The notes under the pieces are model-generated. The model did not search any database. It was not told where the DNA came from and saw only the letters and a program-made list of their open reading frames with translations. A DNA stretch of 61,950 bases, filler included, from Choristocarpus tenellus KU-1152 (taxonomy: Eukaryota > Protista > Phaeophyceae), in NCBI GenBank assembly GCA_964200185.2. It is 9 parts of 9 records of this genome, joined end to end, with 100 filler letters (N's around TTAATTAATTAA, not from the genome) between each part and the next. Parts side by side here need not be neighbours in the genome. Positions count along the whole stretch, not along the records: positions 46,903 to 51,877 come from CAXNAD020012309.1; positions 51,978 to 56,210 come from CAXNAD020015560.1; positions 56,311 to 61,950 come from CAXNAD020010165.1; 6 more parts are not named here. One strand, written 5' to 3'. The number at the start of each line of letters is the position of its first letter. The stretch's first letter is position 1. Both the position numbers and the translations under genes were made by a program. Of the stretch, positions 51,301-61,950 are shown piece after piece.

Positions 51301-51877
51301 AAAGCAGTCTCCTAGAAATTGGAACATAGCATTCACAGATGCACTTGAGGAATAAATTTCAAATCAACAGTGAGCGATCAAAGAATTTATATTAACAGAA
51401 ATAATTTCTATTGGGTGATTGATTGTCTCTAGTTGTTGTGGTGCTGTTGCACTAAGTCAAGTTGTATCTAGATACTGTGGTGTTAGCATAATTAATTATC
51501 TTGAGACAGCATCATTTTGCCTGCAGCATTATACCATGCGTCACTTCTATGCCCAATATCAATTTGACTCTACCAAGATCCTTCTTTCACTACAAAACTA
51601 TCTATGAGAATTTTAAAACTTGGTCTACCATACCAGTAGGGTACAACTCCTAAAAGCTAAGGCATCATCAACACACAAGGATAGTATCGCTGTACCCATT
51701 CTGTTTCTGTTAATATAAATTCTTTGATCGCTCACTGTTAATTTTAAATTGTATTCCACAAGTGCATCTGTGAATGCTATGTTCCAATTTCTAGGAGACT
51801 GCTTTAGTCCCCTAGTGTACAGCACAAGAGTCATATCCCCAAAACCATAATCATTGCAGCCAATGCCCAACCAGATT
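51229..51877. repeat. Long inverted repeat (~173-bp arms 51229-51401 and 51704-51877, ~300-bp spacer)
   Basis: Arms are reverse complements, identical in the outer part with a few differences inward; the right arm runs to the contig end. Confidence 0.9.
51625..51815 (-). pseudogene. Ty1/copia reverse transcriptase fragment
   Basis: GLKQSPRNWN...SDQRIY...LSLCVDDAL corresponds to copia GLKQAPRAW...D.C.Y...LYVDD. Confidence 0.8.
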
Positions 51878-52249
51878 NNNNNNNNNNNNNNNNNNNNNNN
51901 NNNNNNNNNNNNNNNNNNNNNTTAATTAATTAANNNNNNNNNNNNNNNNNNNNNNNNNNNNNNNNNNNNNNNNNNNNGGGCGTGATTGGTACAAGTGCCA
52001 CCTGAATGGACTGTAAACAGAAGTGTGAATAGCGAACAGTGAAAACAGTCTTTCCACCACAGTCTTAATCCTAAGGACATTATTCACCTCCCTGTGCAGT
52101 CCAATCTAAAGGGATTCTAGGAGGGAAACATTCAATGGTAAGTAAATATCCCTCTTCACATCAAATTACTCCCTAGCTGGTGGTCACCACTAGTAGGTAT
52201 AGTTGTGATGTCATTCTCGTGGTGATATCACTCATCGATACCTCCTCTC

Positions 52250-55200
52250 TTACGCGATGCGAATAAACGATTGCATAGACCAGCACTGGGAACGAATGGT
52301 GACATCAACACCAGCCAGCTCTGCAGTCCAGTCCCTCCCTCGGTTCATAGCATCAAGCACATAATCCACACAAACATCAACGACGCGCTCAAAGAACTCG
52401 TTGAACAAGAGCCTGCCGCAATTTGGATGGTTTTGTGACATCAAGAGTTGGAAACACATTAGAATCAAGTGCCACAAACGATTAAGAATTTTATTCAAAA
52501 AATCCAATCTAACCTCTGCTGTAGCCTACCAGTTCTTGAACCTGTCTGGAGGCACAAACTGCATGCATCAGCTGAAAACGATCCTACCCACTCTTACTCC
52601 AAATTCTGACTATCAACAGTTGGCAAAACGTAGATACACAATTGTTTGAAGTATTCACACTTATGGTGCTGCAGCCTTGCACGATTCTTCTATAGAAGGG
52701 AGGGATTCAATCTTCTACATCAGGTTGATATTTGATCTCATTATTCTGTTCTACATTTGTAGATCAATGTGAGTCCTTTGTATTCTTGCTAGTGCTGTCA
52801 CCAAAACAGTGAGATACCAGAGTAATCACACAGACCCCTACTTGGCTGACTTGAGAAAATTGGTGATTGAGTGTTGATTGTACTCTCAACTACTATCTTC
52901 CATCTCTGCCATGAACCTTCAATACCATCTACAACTCTCTGCTTCCTAATTCCGCCTGGCTAACGTACTACTAAATTGCAATTTCTAGATGCCACCCACC
53001 AGATGTTGCCAGCATTGGCATTGGTTGGGTCAAACACCCCAGTTCTTGCTGCAATATCGGCAGCCGAGGTGACTGCCAGTCCTTCAATTGCACCCTGAGT
53101 CACATCAGCAAAGAAGTCAATCATTGTCTTCACATCTTCCTTGGTGCCGAGCCGTGAAATGTGACCTCCAACAATGATGTCGAAGTCAAACTCTTGCAAT
53201 AAAGGATACGAGGATTCGAGAGACAGGAGTGATGAGAAAGCTTTTATCATGGCAAATGTACCGGTACTGCTTCAGGAGGGAGATGGTGGAAGTAGGACTT
53301 GAACTTCGAGGGCGTACTTGACCCATATATCGCTTACTGTAACTGTGTACCATAGTAACAACAGTGAACCCTCACCCTCTGTCGATAGTGGTGTGGAACC
53401 TCTACACTATCTCATCACTGCAATTCTCATCTAGTCCACTCTAGTGCCAGAAGCTTCAACTCCACAGGTATGGTACAAATCTGCAAATATGTTACTTCAC
53501 GCAAACTCTTTGTTGAGCTTGACAGAGTTTGGGAGCAGACACAATCAGAAGGACATCTCATAACTGGAAGCTGAAACGTCATCTCAACTATTGCTTGTTG
53601 TGGGGGAGAGTGACACAATGTTGCAAACCCGTGCTACTAACAGGCTTAGATCGTCAAGTATGGAGGCTGGTCAGCATCTCCATTCTTAAATCCTTTCCAA
53701 TCCGATCCTTTAGCTAACACACACATTTCTCAACCACAAGAGTCTTGAACGTTTTACCTCCTATCATTTGCAACTCACCGTAGATTTTGTCCAGACCCTT
53801 CAAATAGCCACCAACATCTGAGGCAACAGCCAAGTTAAAGAATGGTATCCTGCCATCACACATGGATTTGAGGTGGATATTACTATACTGTTGTAGGAGT
53901 TGCATATGCACGATGTTCCAGGGTAACAATCCTTTCTCTATAGTGTTGATTGTGCGTAACATATGTAACAAACATCATGGTGCCATGACCCCTCTACTCA
54001 ACAACTTTCTCCCACATAAGTCATTTGCACAAAATACTCTGAATAAAGTGTCACCTACCTCATTATTGTTTGCGATCTCACTTCCAAGTACGAATACACT
54101 CAAGATAGGTTACTCACCACCCAGGGAAGATCACATCTACCACCATGAGGACGGACTGGGTGATACCTTCAAATACGGTATTATTGGGCAAGTCGTGGCA
54201 ACAAAAGGAAGGTTGTGAGATTACAACAAATATCTGCAGAAGGTATCATAGATTTGTTTTATGGACGAAGGTGGAGGGAAACAACTAACGTACAACAGGC
54301 ACAGCAACAGAGTTTGCATTGCTTACCGCAAGTTCCTTCCTATGTGCCATCGTATCATGAATAGAATTGAAAGTATGATCACTTCGGAAGTACGCCAATC
54401 TTGCATCTACAACCGCCATGATACCTCTCCACGACATCAACAAAGAGTGAACCCCTGCATGTCCTTGCCACATCACTCGACACTGACCTCGCTTGTAGTT
54501 CATGTCACTGGTCTTGTCCAGATACACGGTGATGTCGCCGGATTGGTGTGCCCCTAGCTCTTCAAGCTTAAACTTGAGTCCTCCAACCTCGATACTCTTA
54601 CGATCTGTGAAGCTGGTGGAAACAGGAATGCCACGGTTGTTACCCAAAATCGTGGCCGGGTCCTCCATGTTTCGCTCGACGACCCACTCCCGACTGGCCT
54701 TAGATCCAACAACTACAGGATAGTCGTCCTTGAACGCCTCGGCCACAATCCCGGCGGCGCCGACATGGTCCTGACGAGGCAACATCAAGTAGGCATGGTC
54801 TTCGTCTCTCAAATGCTCGGGTTCCTGACGACCAAGCAAACTCACACATATCCGAGGAATCAATCTGCATAAAACTCATTACAAATTGTGCAAATTAACT
54901 TGGTAGACTGCTTTTTGTGTGAGTGATGGTCCCCCCACACAAGCCCTATTTTGCACACAGGTCTATGAGCGCATCAACTAGTCGTTCCAAGAGGATGTTA
55001 AGGCTAACTTACCCAGTGCGTGTGGCTGTACACGATAGTCTTGAGTCTTGTGCCCTCACCGATGAGGGCATGGATGGACTCGGGGATCCACGAGTCCGTG
55101 GGGTACACGTCGCTACTCTTCACGAACGAACCTTACCAGGAGAAATGGGGGAGTGATTGTGGGTGATACATTGCCTTGAGCTTGCTAAAAAGCAAGCTTT

Positions 55201-55671
55201 GGTGAGAGAAGATTCACAAGAGACCGTAATGTAAACTGTAGTAGCTGCCTATTGTCCATGCATCGTGGATACATTTCAAGCAAATCACTCGATTCAAACG
55301 AGAAGTTCCCTCTCACCCTCAGGAGCGTCGAAAAGTGCTGCCTCTCCTTCACTCTCGGCAATCATGCAGAAGTATGTCCCTTCAGTGAGGATGAACACTG
55401 CAGGATTACTATTCCTGGTGCCGTCCGCATCAAAGGCATCCAACCCACCAATTTGCTGGTACTTTACCGGGTTGAGGGTATCAGGACTGCCCGGTAAGGG
55501 AAGAAAGAGTTCTGCGCCGTCAAAGACCGATGCAGGGACCGGACTTAGTTGATCACAGATCCAATCCTCGGTTGAGTTGGTATCTCCAATGCAAAACTTG
55601 TTGGATGGCAGCCCATTTGCGACATTCCCCAACGCCAAAGCTATGGGCACGATGAATAGAGCGTGTACCAT
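52250..55671 (-). CDS. Secreted metallo-beta-lactamase-fold hydrolase, complete, 7 exons, ~410 aa
   Basis: Exons 55317-55671, 55013-55131, 54488-54770, 54118-54166, 53779-53849, 53000-53192 and 52250-52412 are all GT-AG and phase-compatible. Motifs: FDAP, YSHTHWDHVG (HxHxDH split by an intron), GAHQSGD, VDVIFPGW, IVGGH; hydrophobic N-terminal signal peptide. Confidence 0.9.
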
Positions 55672-56310
55672 GTTAAAACTGAATTATCAAAGTATCTCTG
55701 GAATGATGTTTTGTGAAGAATGAAAAGTTTAAGTGGAATACAGTTGTATCGATTGTTTTTGTCCTGTATCATGCACTGTACACTATGAAAACCTCCCACT
55801 TATTCTTCCATTCTGAAATAAATCCCCCGCGGAAATAATATGGTTTCCACGCAATGTTTTATAGTATTCTTATGTTTAGGACATTTTATATACATACATA
55901 CTGATGTTTTTATGGGTAAGAAATGCGAACATATAGTCAAGATTTAAGAGATAGAGTAATATCAAATTACAATACAGGTAAATATCAAATAAAGGAATTA
56001 GCGATAATGTCTAAGACCTGCTTAAAGTCTTTTTACCAACAACACAGAAAAAGCGAGTACCATCATTTGTAAACTTGTATGCAAATATCGCTCGCAGTTT
56101 TTCCATAATCTTCAGCATTTATCCAACCAAGAAAACGACCTCTCTACAACCCATCTTTTGGGAATAACCTTCAAAACATGCATCTCACTGCGCTTTACTA
56201 CCTCTACAGTNNNNNNNNNNNNNNNNNNNNNNNNNNNNNNNNNNNNNNNNNNNNTTAATTAATTAANNNNNNNNNNNNNNNNNNNNNNNNNNNNNNNNNN
56301 NNNNNNNNNN

Positions 56311-56561
56311 GGTGCTCTTCCTTATATTATTATCTATTGCGCACGTCATCAGACACGTCAAAATGTGTCTGTGTCAGTCACACTACGTCAGCCACTTATA
56401 TATTGAACAAAATAAGAAATTAATCCATCAAGACTCGAACCTGCTTCTAAACACACCAAATCAGATCCTTGACCCTAAATCTACTCAGTCAATACTTCTA
56501 TTGTATTCCACTGTTCACTAAAGATATAACTCCCTGTAGACTGCCTAGTCTATATTGCACA
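56311..56561 (-). repeat. Copia-type LTR related to 48250-48521, abutting the gypsy gag
   Basis: Shared blocks gcgcacgtca.cagacacgtca, gtc.cact.cgtcag, actcgaacc and identical terminus ctatattgcaca. Confidence 0.75.
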
Positions 56562-59046
56562 GGTGTAGTGCAAGATCACGGCGGGGACATACGACGGAGA
56601 ACTGTTGGTACAATCCTGCGGGCAACAATTATCACCCCTCAAGGACAACCCCCGAACGTCCTGCCAGAAAAGACCGCCGAAACCAAGATTCGACCAAGTC
56701 ATTTGACCAGTTGGTGTCTGCCATCACAGCACGTTTAACAGAGTCTTCACAGCAGATGCAGTCGACGTCAAAGGACCCTCAAGATCACCCTGAACCCGGG
56801 AAGAAACGAACTAGGATCGGGCAGAAATAGGGGTGCCTTGCAGAATCTGGTTCCCAGGACACTGTAGGGATAAGAGTTCAAGAAGAAACTAGGGACTTGT
56901 GGTGTAGGGCAGTCTCAGATGTAGTAGAGAGAGCAAATAAGACCCAACACTGTAAATATTCAAGGTCAGCACACCAAAGGTTGCCACAAGCAGGACATGT
57001 AGCAACTGTTGCATCTGCTCTTTCTTTTTCCCCACAACCAATTTTGGACGTGGGTGACATGTCTTTTACATCTCAAATGTGTTGTTCCACTTTGTCATAT
57101 TGTTGGCACACATCAGCAATCCAACACTATTCTAACTCCCCGCGCGTGCTCAATGTATCATCTCGCCGCGTAAGAATTCCTGGGTATGTTGAAAATGAAC
57201 CTTTAATGAGCATTACTGTTGATACTGCTACTGACATTCCAGTAATATCTCTCAGATACATTGAAGCCCACCCAACACTTGCAAGGCACCCATTCGGGAG
57301 ATTCCAGCAGGCGCTCTGAATTTAAAAGGAGCAGGTGGTAGACCTCTCTCTGTAACTGGCTTCATTCAATTTACACTACAACTTGGTGACATATCAATGC
57401 CTGTCCAAGCAGTGGTCGTACCTATTCTGGGAGTAGATAAAAATTTGTTGGATAACAGCATTATATCAGCATTTGGGGCAGTGCTAGATTGGGATAGAGA
57501 GGAGATGTCGTTTAAAGACAGTGATCAATGCCTTTCAGCAAAACACAAAATCGTACCCCTTCCCATCTGTTCCCCCCCAAAAGATTTTTGCCAGACTGAA
57601 AATGCATCACATTTTTCAATTTCAGTAATCACATCTGAATTCAATACACCAGTGCACACAGTAAAAAATATATTCCTTCCCCCTGGCACGGAAACGCTTG
57701 TTCAAGTTTGTTCTCAAGCACTTAGAGGAACAGCTACCGATGCAGTAGTGGAACCTATCATTTATACTGGCATAGACCTCCTGCATAAGGACGACATACA
57801 TCCCCACTGGCAACACATAATGGTCAGTCGTACCCTCACTGTTTGGGAAGAAGATGGAGGATGTCTAGTCAAAATTGCTAATTTATCACAAAAAGGGATC
57901 AAGTTACCAGCACAGTTTGTAGTTGGCCATGTTTCCCCTGTATAAAAAAAACATACCTTATCAGACACCACAGTAAGTGCAGTTGCAGCCACACCATCTA
58001 CCCCTGAAGAACTGAAACAAGCTAGGGAGGAATTGAAGTTGTTTTTTTCTAAGAAGGCTTTTACAAATACTCATCTGACACTGTCTGAACAAGAGGAATT
58101 ACTAGATATAATGGCTAAATTCAGACCAGTCTTTTCATTGTCGGAAAAAGAATTAGGTTGCTCTACCACTACTTCTGTTACATTTCCACTACAACCAGGC
58201 ACTAAACCTGTTAGTAGACCACCGTATCGCACGGCACCAAAAATACGCGACACTATTCGACAATGTGTAACTGATATGGAGAATCAGGGTATTATAAAAC
58301 CCTCAGCTAGCCCATGGGCATCCCCTGTTACCATTGTTGCCAAACCAGATGGATCACCTCGATTCTGTGTAGATTTTAGAGGAACCATAAATAAACATCT
58401 GATACGTAATTCATGGCCGTTGCCATCCATGGATGAGTGCTTATCCACGTTGGGGGTTCAAAATATTTAGTTTGTTTAGATACTCAATCAGCCTACTGGC
58501 AACTACCGATCATTGATGAATGCGAACGACAAAAAACTGCCTTCATCACGCCGGATTAGGGGTTACGTTAAAGCCGTCCAAGGCTCAATTTGTCTCAAAA
58601 CAAATCCATTATTTGGGACATGATGTTAGCCCACAAGGAATTGCTGTATCCCAAGCTCGTGTTGAAGCTATATTAGAGATGCATCCTCCTCAAACTGTGA
58701 AAGGCTTGCAATCGTTTTTAGGTTCAATGAACTTTGTTAGGAAGTACATTCCCCACCTAGCAACAGCAACAGAACCGTTGTTTGAATTGATTCGCCATAC
58801 ACAAAAAGCAAAGTCACACAAAGTGTCCACTTCAGTAAAACGAGAAAAGAAAGACCACAAGGATATCTCATCTAGATGGAATCGACCACAACAGACTGCT
58901 TTTGGCGAATACCAACGACTGTTATCAACGGCTCCAGTGCTATACTTTCCTGATTTTTCTAAGGAGTTTTTTGTTCATGTAGATGCCAGTAATGTTGGGA
59001 CAGGAGCGTTTTTAGCACATAAGAATGAAGAAGACAATTTTGAAAT

Positions 59047-59224
59047 GACCCAAAGTATCTGGGAGGGGGAGGAGGTCTACACTAGGGTGTCCATTTGGAC
59101 CAAAACCAGGAAAAGTGCATTTACAGTATCCATCCGACGTATGCAATCAAATCACCCAAGAATCATGAAACAAAAAATTTACCCCAAATGGACAGCCGCT
59201 ACCCCCTCCCAGATACTTTGAGCC
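59047..59224. mobile_element. MITE family A, complete (178 bp), AAT target-site duplication, inserted in gypsy RNase H
   Basis: aat-GACCCAAAGTATCTGGGAGGGG...CCCCTCCCAGATACTTTGAGCC-aat; removing it restores FEIIAYHSAL, matching copy A FQIVAYHSAL. Confidence 0.92.
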
Positions 59225-61185
59225 AATAATTGCATACCATAGTGCCTTACTATCCCCCTCCCAACGTAAATATTCTGCCACACAAAAAGAGTGCCTTGCA
59301 GTTATTCTGGCAATCCAACATTGGAGACCATATGTTTGGGGTAAATATTTCACAGTTATCACTGATCATTCAGCCTTACGTCCAATCTGTTAACTCGATG
59401 GGCCTTAGCTTTGCAAAGTTTTGATTTTACCGTCCTTCGTAAGCCTGGCAGATTACATTACATCCCAGATATGTTGTCACGTCCTTAACTGGAAGAATTT
59501 TTTTAACATGAATCTGAACCAGCACCCCAAAGTCCTATATGTCGAAATGTGGGTACAAAAACCACTGATGCAAGTTCTCAAGCAAGTAAGGTATACCCTG
59601 CCTATGAATTGTCTGTGGATCGACTAGGTGAAATCACTAAAGTGGCAAATGAATCTGGGCTCTTTGCATGCTCCATCAATGTGGTTCCTGTACTTGATAC
59701 CGAAGTTCTAGCCAAGGCCCAACATGAGCAGTATGAAGCTTATTGTCAATACCTGGCAGACCCCAACAATACAGCATCACCCAGTAAGGAAACGGTCTAC
59801 ACCATGTCATATTTTTTCACTCAAGAACGAGAAAATAGACTTTTACTCTACCGGTCGTATCAACCTGTTCGAAAAAACGGAGAATTTCGAGATCAGTTAG
59901 TAGCCCTAACAGAGGTTTAGGGTTTAATTTTACATGCCCTACATGATCATAAAGTTGCCGGCCATCTTGCTTTCAAGCACGCCTTTGACTGAGTTCGTGA
60001 TAGGTTTTGGTGGCCAACCTTACATAAAGACGTGAGGGAGTGGTGTGAATCTTGCCAGTCCTGCCAAAGGCGTAAAACTTCACACACTCTAACCCCATTA
60101 CCAACAGGACACATGCCTGTCATACGTCCATTTCAACGACTTGCTATTGACCTAGTTAAATATAAGACCACGTCAGACGGTGCAAAATATGTGCTATCCG
60201 CTGTAGACCATCTTACAAGATTCGCAATCTTGGTTGATATTGCAAATGAGCAAGAAAAAACCGTGGCTAAAGCTCTCGTCGACCGTATTTTTTCCATCTT
60301 TGGTCCTCCTGAAACACTCCACTCTGACCAAGGCAAATAATTTGAGAATAAACTCCTGGCTGAGTTGCGTAAAGTGTATAGATATCATAAAAGCAAAACA
60401 ACGGCATATCGACCGCAAGGCAATAGTATATGTGAACGTATTCACTCCACAATGCGTAGTATGCTGGCCATGTATTCAAATATGGACCAATCTGATTGGG
60501 CCTCATTGCTGCCCTTTGTCCAGCTAGCACACAATACAGCCTACAATTCCACTGTTCAAGAAACGTCATTTTTTCTCGTGTTTGGGAGGCGCCCAACTTT
60601 ACCAATTGATCTTATTTGGGGGGTCCCTGAGGCCACCCCCATAACTGTACAAGAATACAGTATGAAAAAGGTGAAGAATTTACAGCTAGCCTATGAATTA
60701 GCCCGGCGTAATATTGGTGAGATAGCTTTAAGAAACGAATCGAAGAACGTGAACCATACACTCCCACTATCCGAACCCGGTGATAAAGTGTGGCTTCACA
60801 AACCACATACATCAGCTGATGCACCAAACCCCAAGTTGTTGTCCCCATGGAGAGGACCTTATGAAGTGAAAGCACGTATAACACCTGTTGTATATCACGT
60901 AAAACGCTTGGAATATCGACGGGAAGTGACAGTTCATCTGGCCAGACTTAAACCTTACAAGGAGGGTAGAGCTACAGAGCCAGATATAGATGCACTTAAT
61001 TCACTCTTTTTAGGCCGGATTTTACCTGAACCGGACCTTGATCAGGGATCAAAGACACAGCCAACTATTGGATCTTACAATGTAGAGGGCATTGTTGATC
61101 ATAAACGTGGTGTAGGAAGAAAAACCACCCGCAATTATTTGTACCGGCTTCGCCTTTAGGGATATTCACCGGCCAGAGATGTATT

Positions 61186-61746
61186 TGTACCAAAGCTGTG
61201 GTGATATTGAGCATCATCCACTAAGACTGCGGGAGTCAAGTAGGAGACAGGCTGGTCCACGCCATATTTCTCACTACGCTCTACACCCGTTAACACAGAA
61301 TTCCCTTGGACTGAGGTGATATTTAGAGCTGGTCTATTAGACGGCTTTAGAATCGTGGAGTAGAAAGATTGCTCTTATCCGGAGACATTAATACAGAGTG
61401 ATTCCACCTGTGAGAAGCATGCATATATATATATATTTTAATATTATTTGCCACTGGTATAATATTTTACGTCTGTCAACAAATGCGCATATAACAAACA
61501 TTGAAAGTCCATTTTTTTCTGGTTTTCCAAACACCTTGGAGGCAAGTTGTTGAAGAAGATGTGATAGTAAGGGGTGATGAGTGTGACCCACCCTTGACAC
61601 TATCCCCTCAACACTCCTCAAGAGATGACTTGATGTACCAAAGCTGTGGTGATACTGAGCGTCATTTACTCAGATCCCCGGGAAGCATGTAGGAGACAGG
61701 CAAGTGTATGTCATTTTTCTCACTATGCTATCCACCCGTTAACACA
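61186..61746. repeat. Diverged ~112-bp direct repeat (61186-61297 and 61634-61746) in the 3' region of gypsy copy B
   Basis: Both read tgtaccaaagctgtggtgata.tgagc.tcat...gtaggagacaggc...tttctcacta.gct...cacccgttaacaca. Confidence 0.85.
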
Positions 61747-61950
61747 AATGTTACTTGGAATAGAATGCGACCTAGGGCTGATCACCACTAGTGCTCCACC
61801 TTTTGTATACCTACCCTGAATTGATACAACCAGGATTTTTCGTATTTTTTTCCCTCCCAAGATGAACCTGTCCGACATGAAGTGCTGGTCAGTCACTTTT
61901 TTGTTCGTGTCGAATAGAATCCACACTGGGGGGGGGGGCAATGTCAGGGA

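Larger units (their letters stand above)
56562..61950 (+). mobile_element. Ty3/gypsy LTR retrotransposon with chromodomain, copy B (decayed; same family as copy A)
   Basis: Degenerate gag zinc knuckle (CSARSRRGHTTENC), protease (ITVDTAT), RT with core deleted, RNase H (HVDASNVG), HHCC, integrase (AIDLV, VDHLTRF, HSDQG, PQGNSICER, WRGPY), chromodomain start (YNVEGIVDHK...YLYRLR), poly-G PPT 61928-61938, 3' LTR starting TG at 61942. Confidence 0.95.

Noticed and set aside
6580-56310. Eight palindromic TTAATTAATTAA motifs inside N runs
   Set aside because: Identical 100-bp artificial linkers with six-frame stops; not biological
57640-57945. dUTPase-like region between protease and RT (LPPGTETLV...)
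   Set aside because: Conserved in both gypsy copies but lacks the dUTPase catalytic motifs; similar linkers are common in gypsy pol
11350-59224. Recurring ccccagatactttg motif as a CRISPR-like repeat
   Set aside because: Dispersed, occurs in inverted pairs with TSDs and no regular spacers; these are MITE TIRs
1-61950. tRNA, rRNA, snRNA genes or hammerhead ribozymes
   Set aside because: None recognised by eye; tRNAscan-SE and Infernal/Rfam would be needed to exclude them

Overview
Eukaryotic nuclear DNA with spliceosomal introns of roughly 0.2-1.2 kb. It is probably a stramenopile alga (inference from gene structure and TE content only). The window is nine contigs joined by artificial 100-bp N44-TTAATTAATTAA-N44 linkers, so gene order across linkers is not evidence of synteny. 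Host genes reconstructed by hand from splice sites and exon phases: a fructosamine/ketosamine-3-kinase (partial), the chorein N-terminus of a VPS13-like protein (partial), UTP13/TBL3 WD40 (partial), one PIF1-helicase exon, a very large multi-exon low-complexity gene, and a complete 7-exon secreted metallo-beta-lactamase-fold hydrolase. Most of the rest is transposable elements. There are two decayed copies of one chromodomain-bearing Ty3/gypsy family with complementary deletions and a shared non-canonical DTA protease motif. There is a Ty1/copia element with a half-tRNA-Met primer site, plus a related LTR nested in the gypsy gag. Also present are a plant/oomycete-type mariner transposase fused to a copia RT fragment inside an inverted repeat, a possible KDZ/Zisupton-like relic, and several related MITE families. 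I found no confidently new enzymatic system. The best candidates for something undescribed are the MITE set, the atypical gypsy lineage and the KDZ-like relic.
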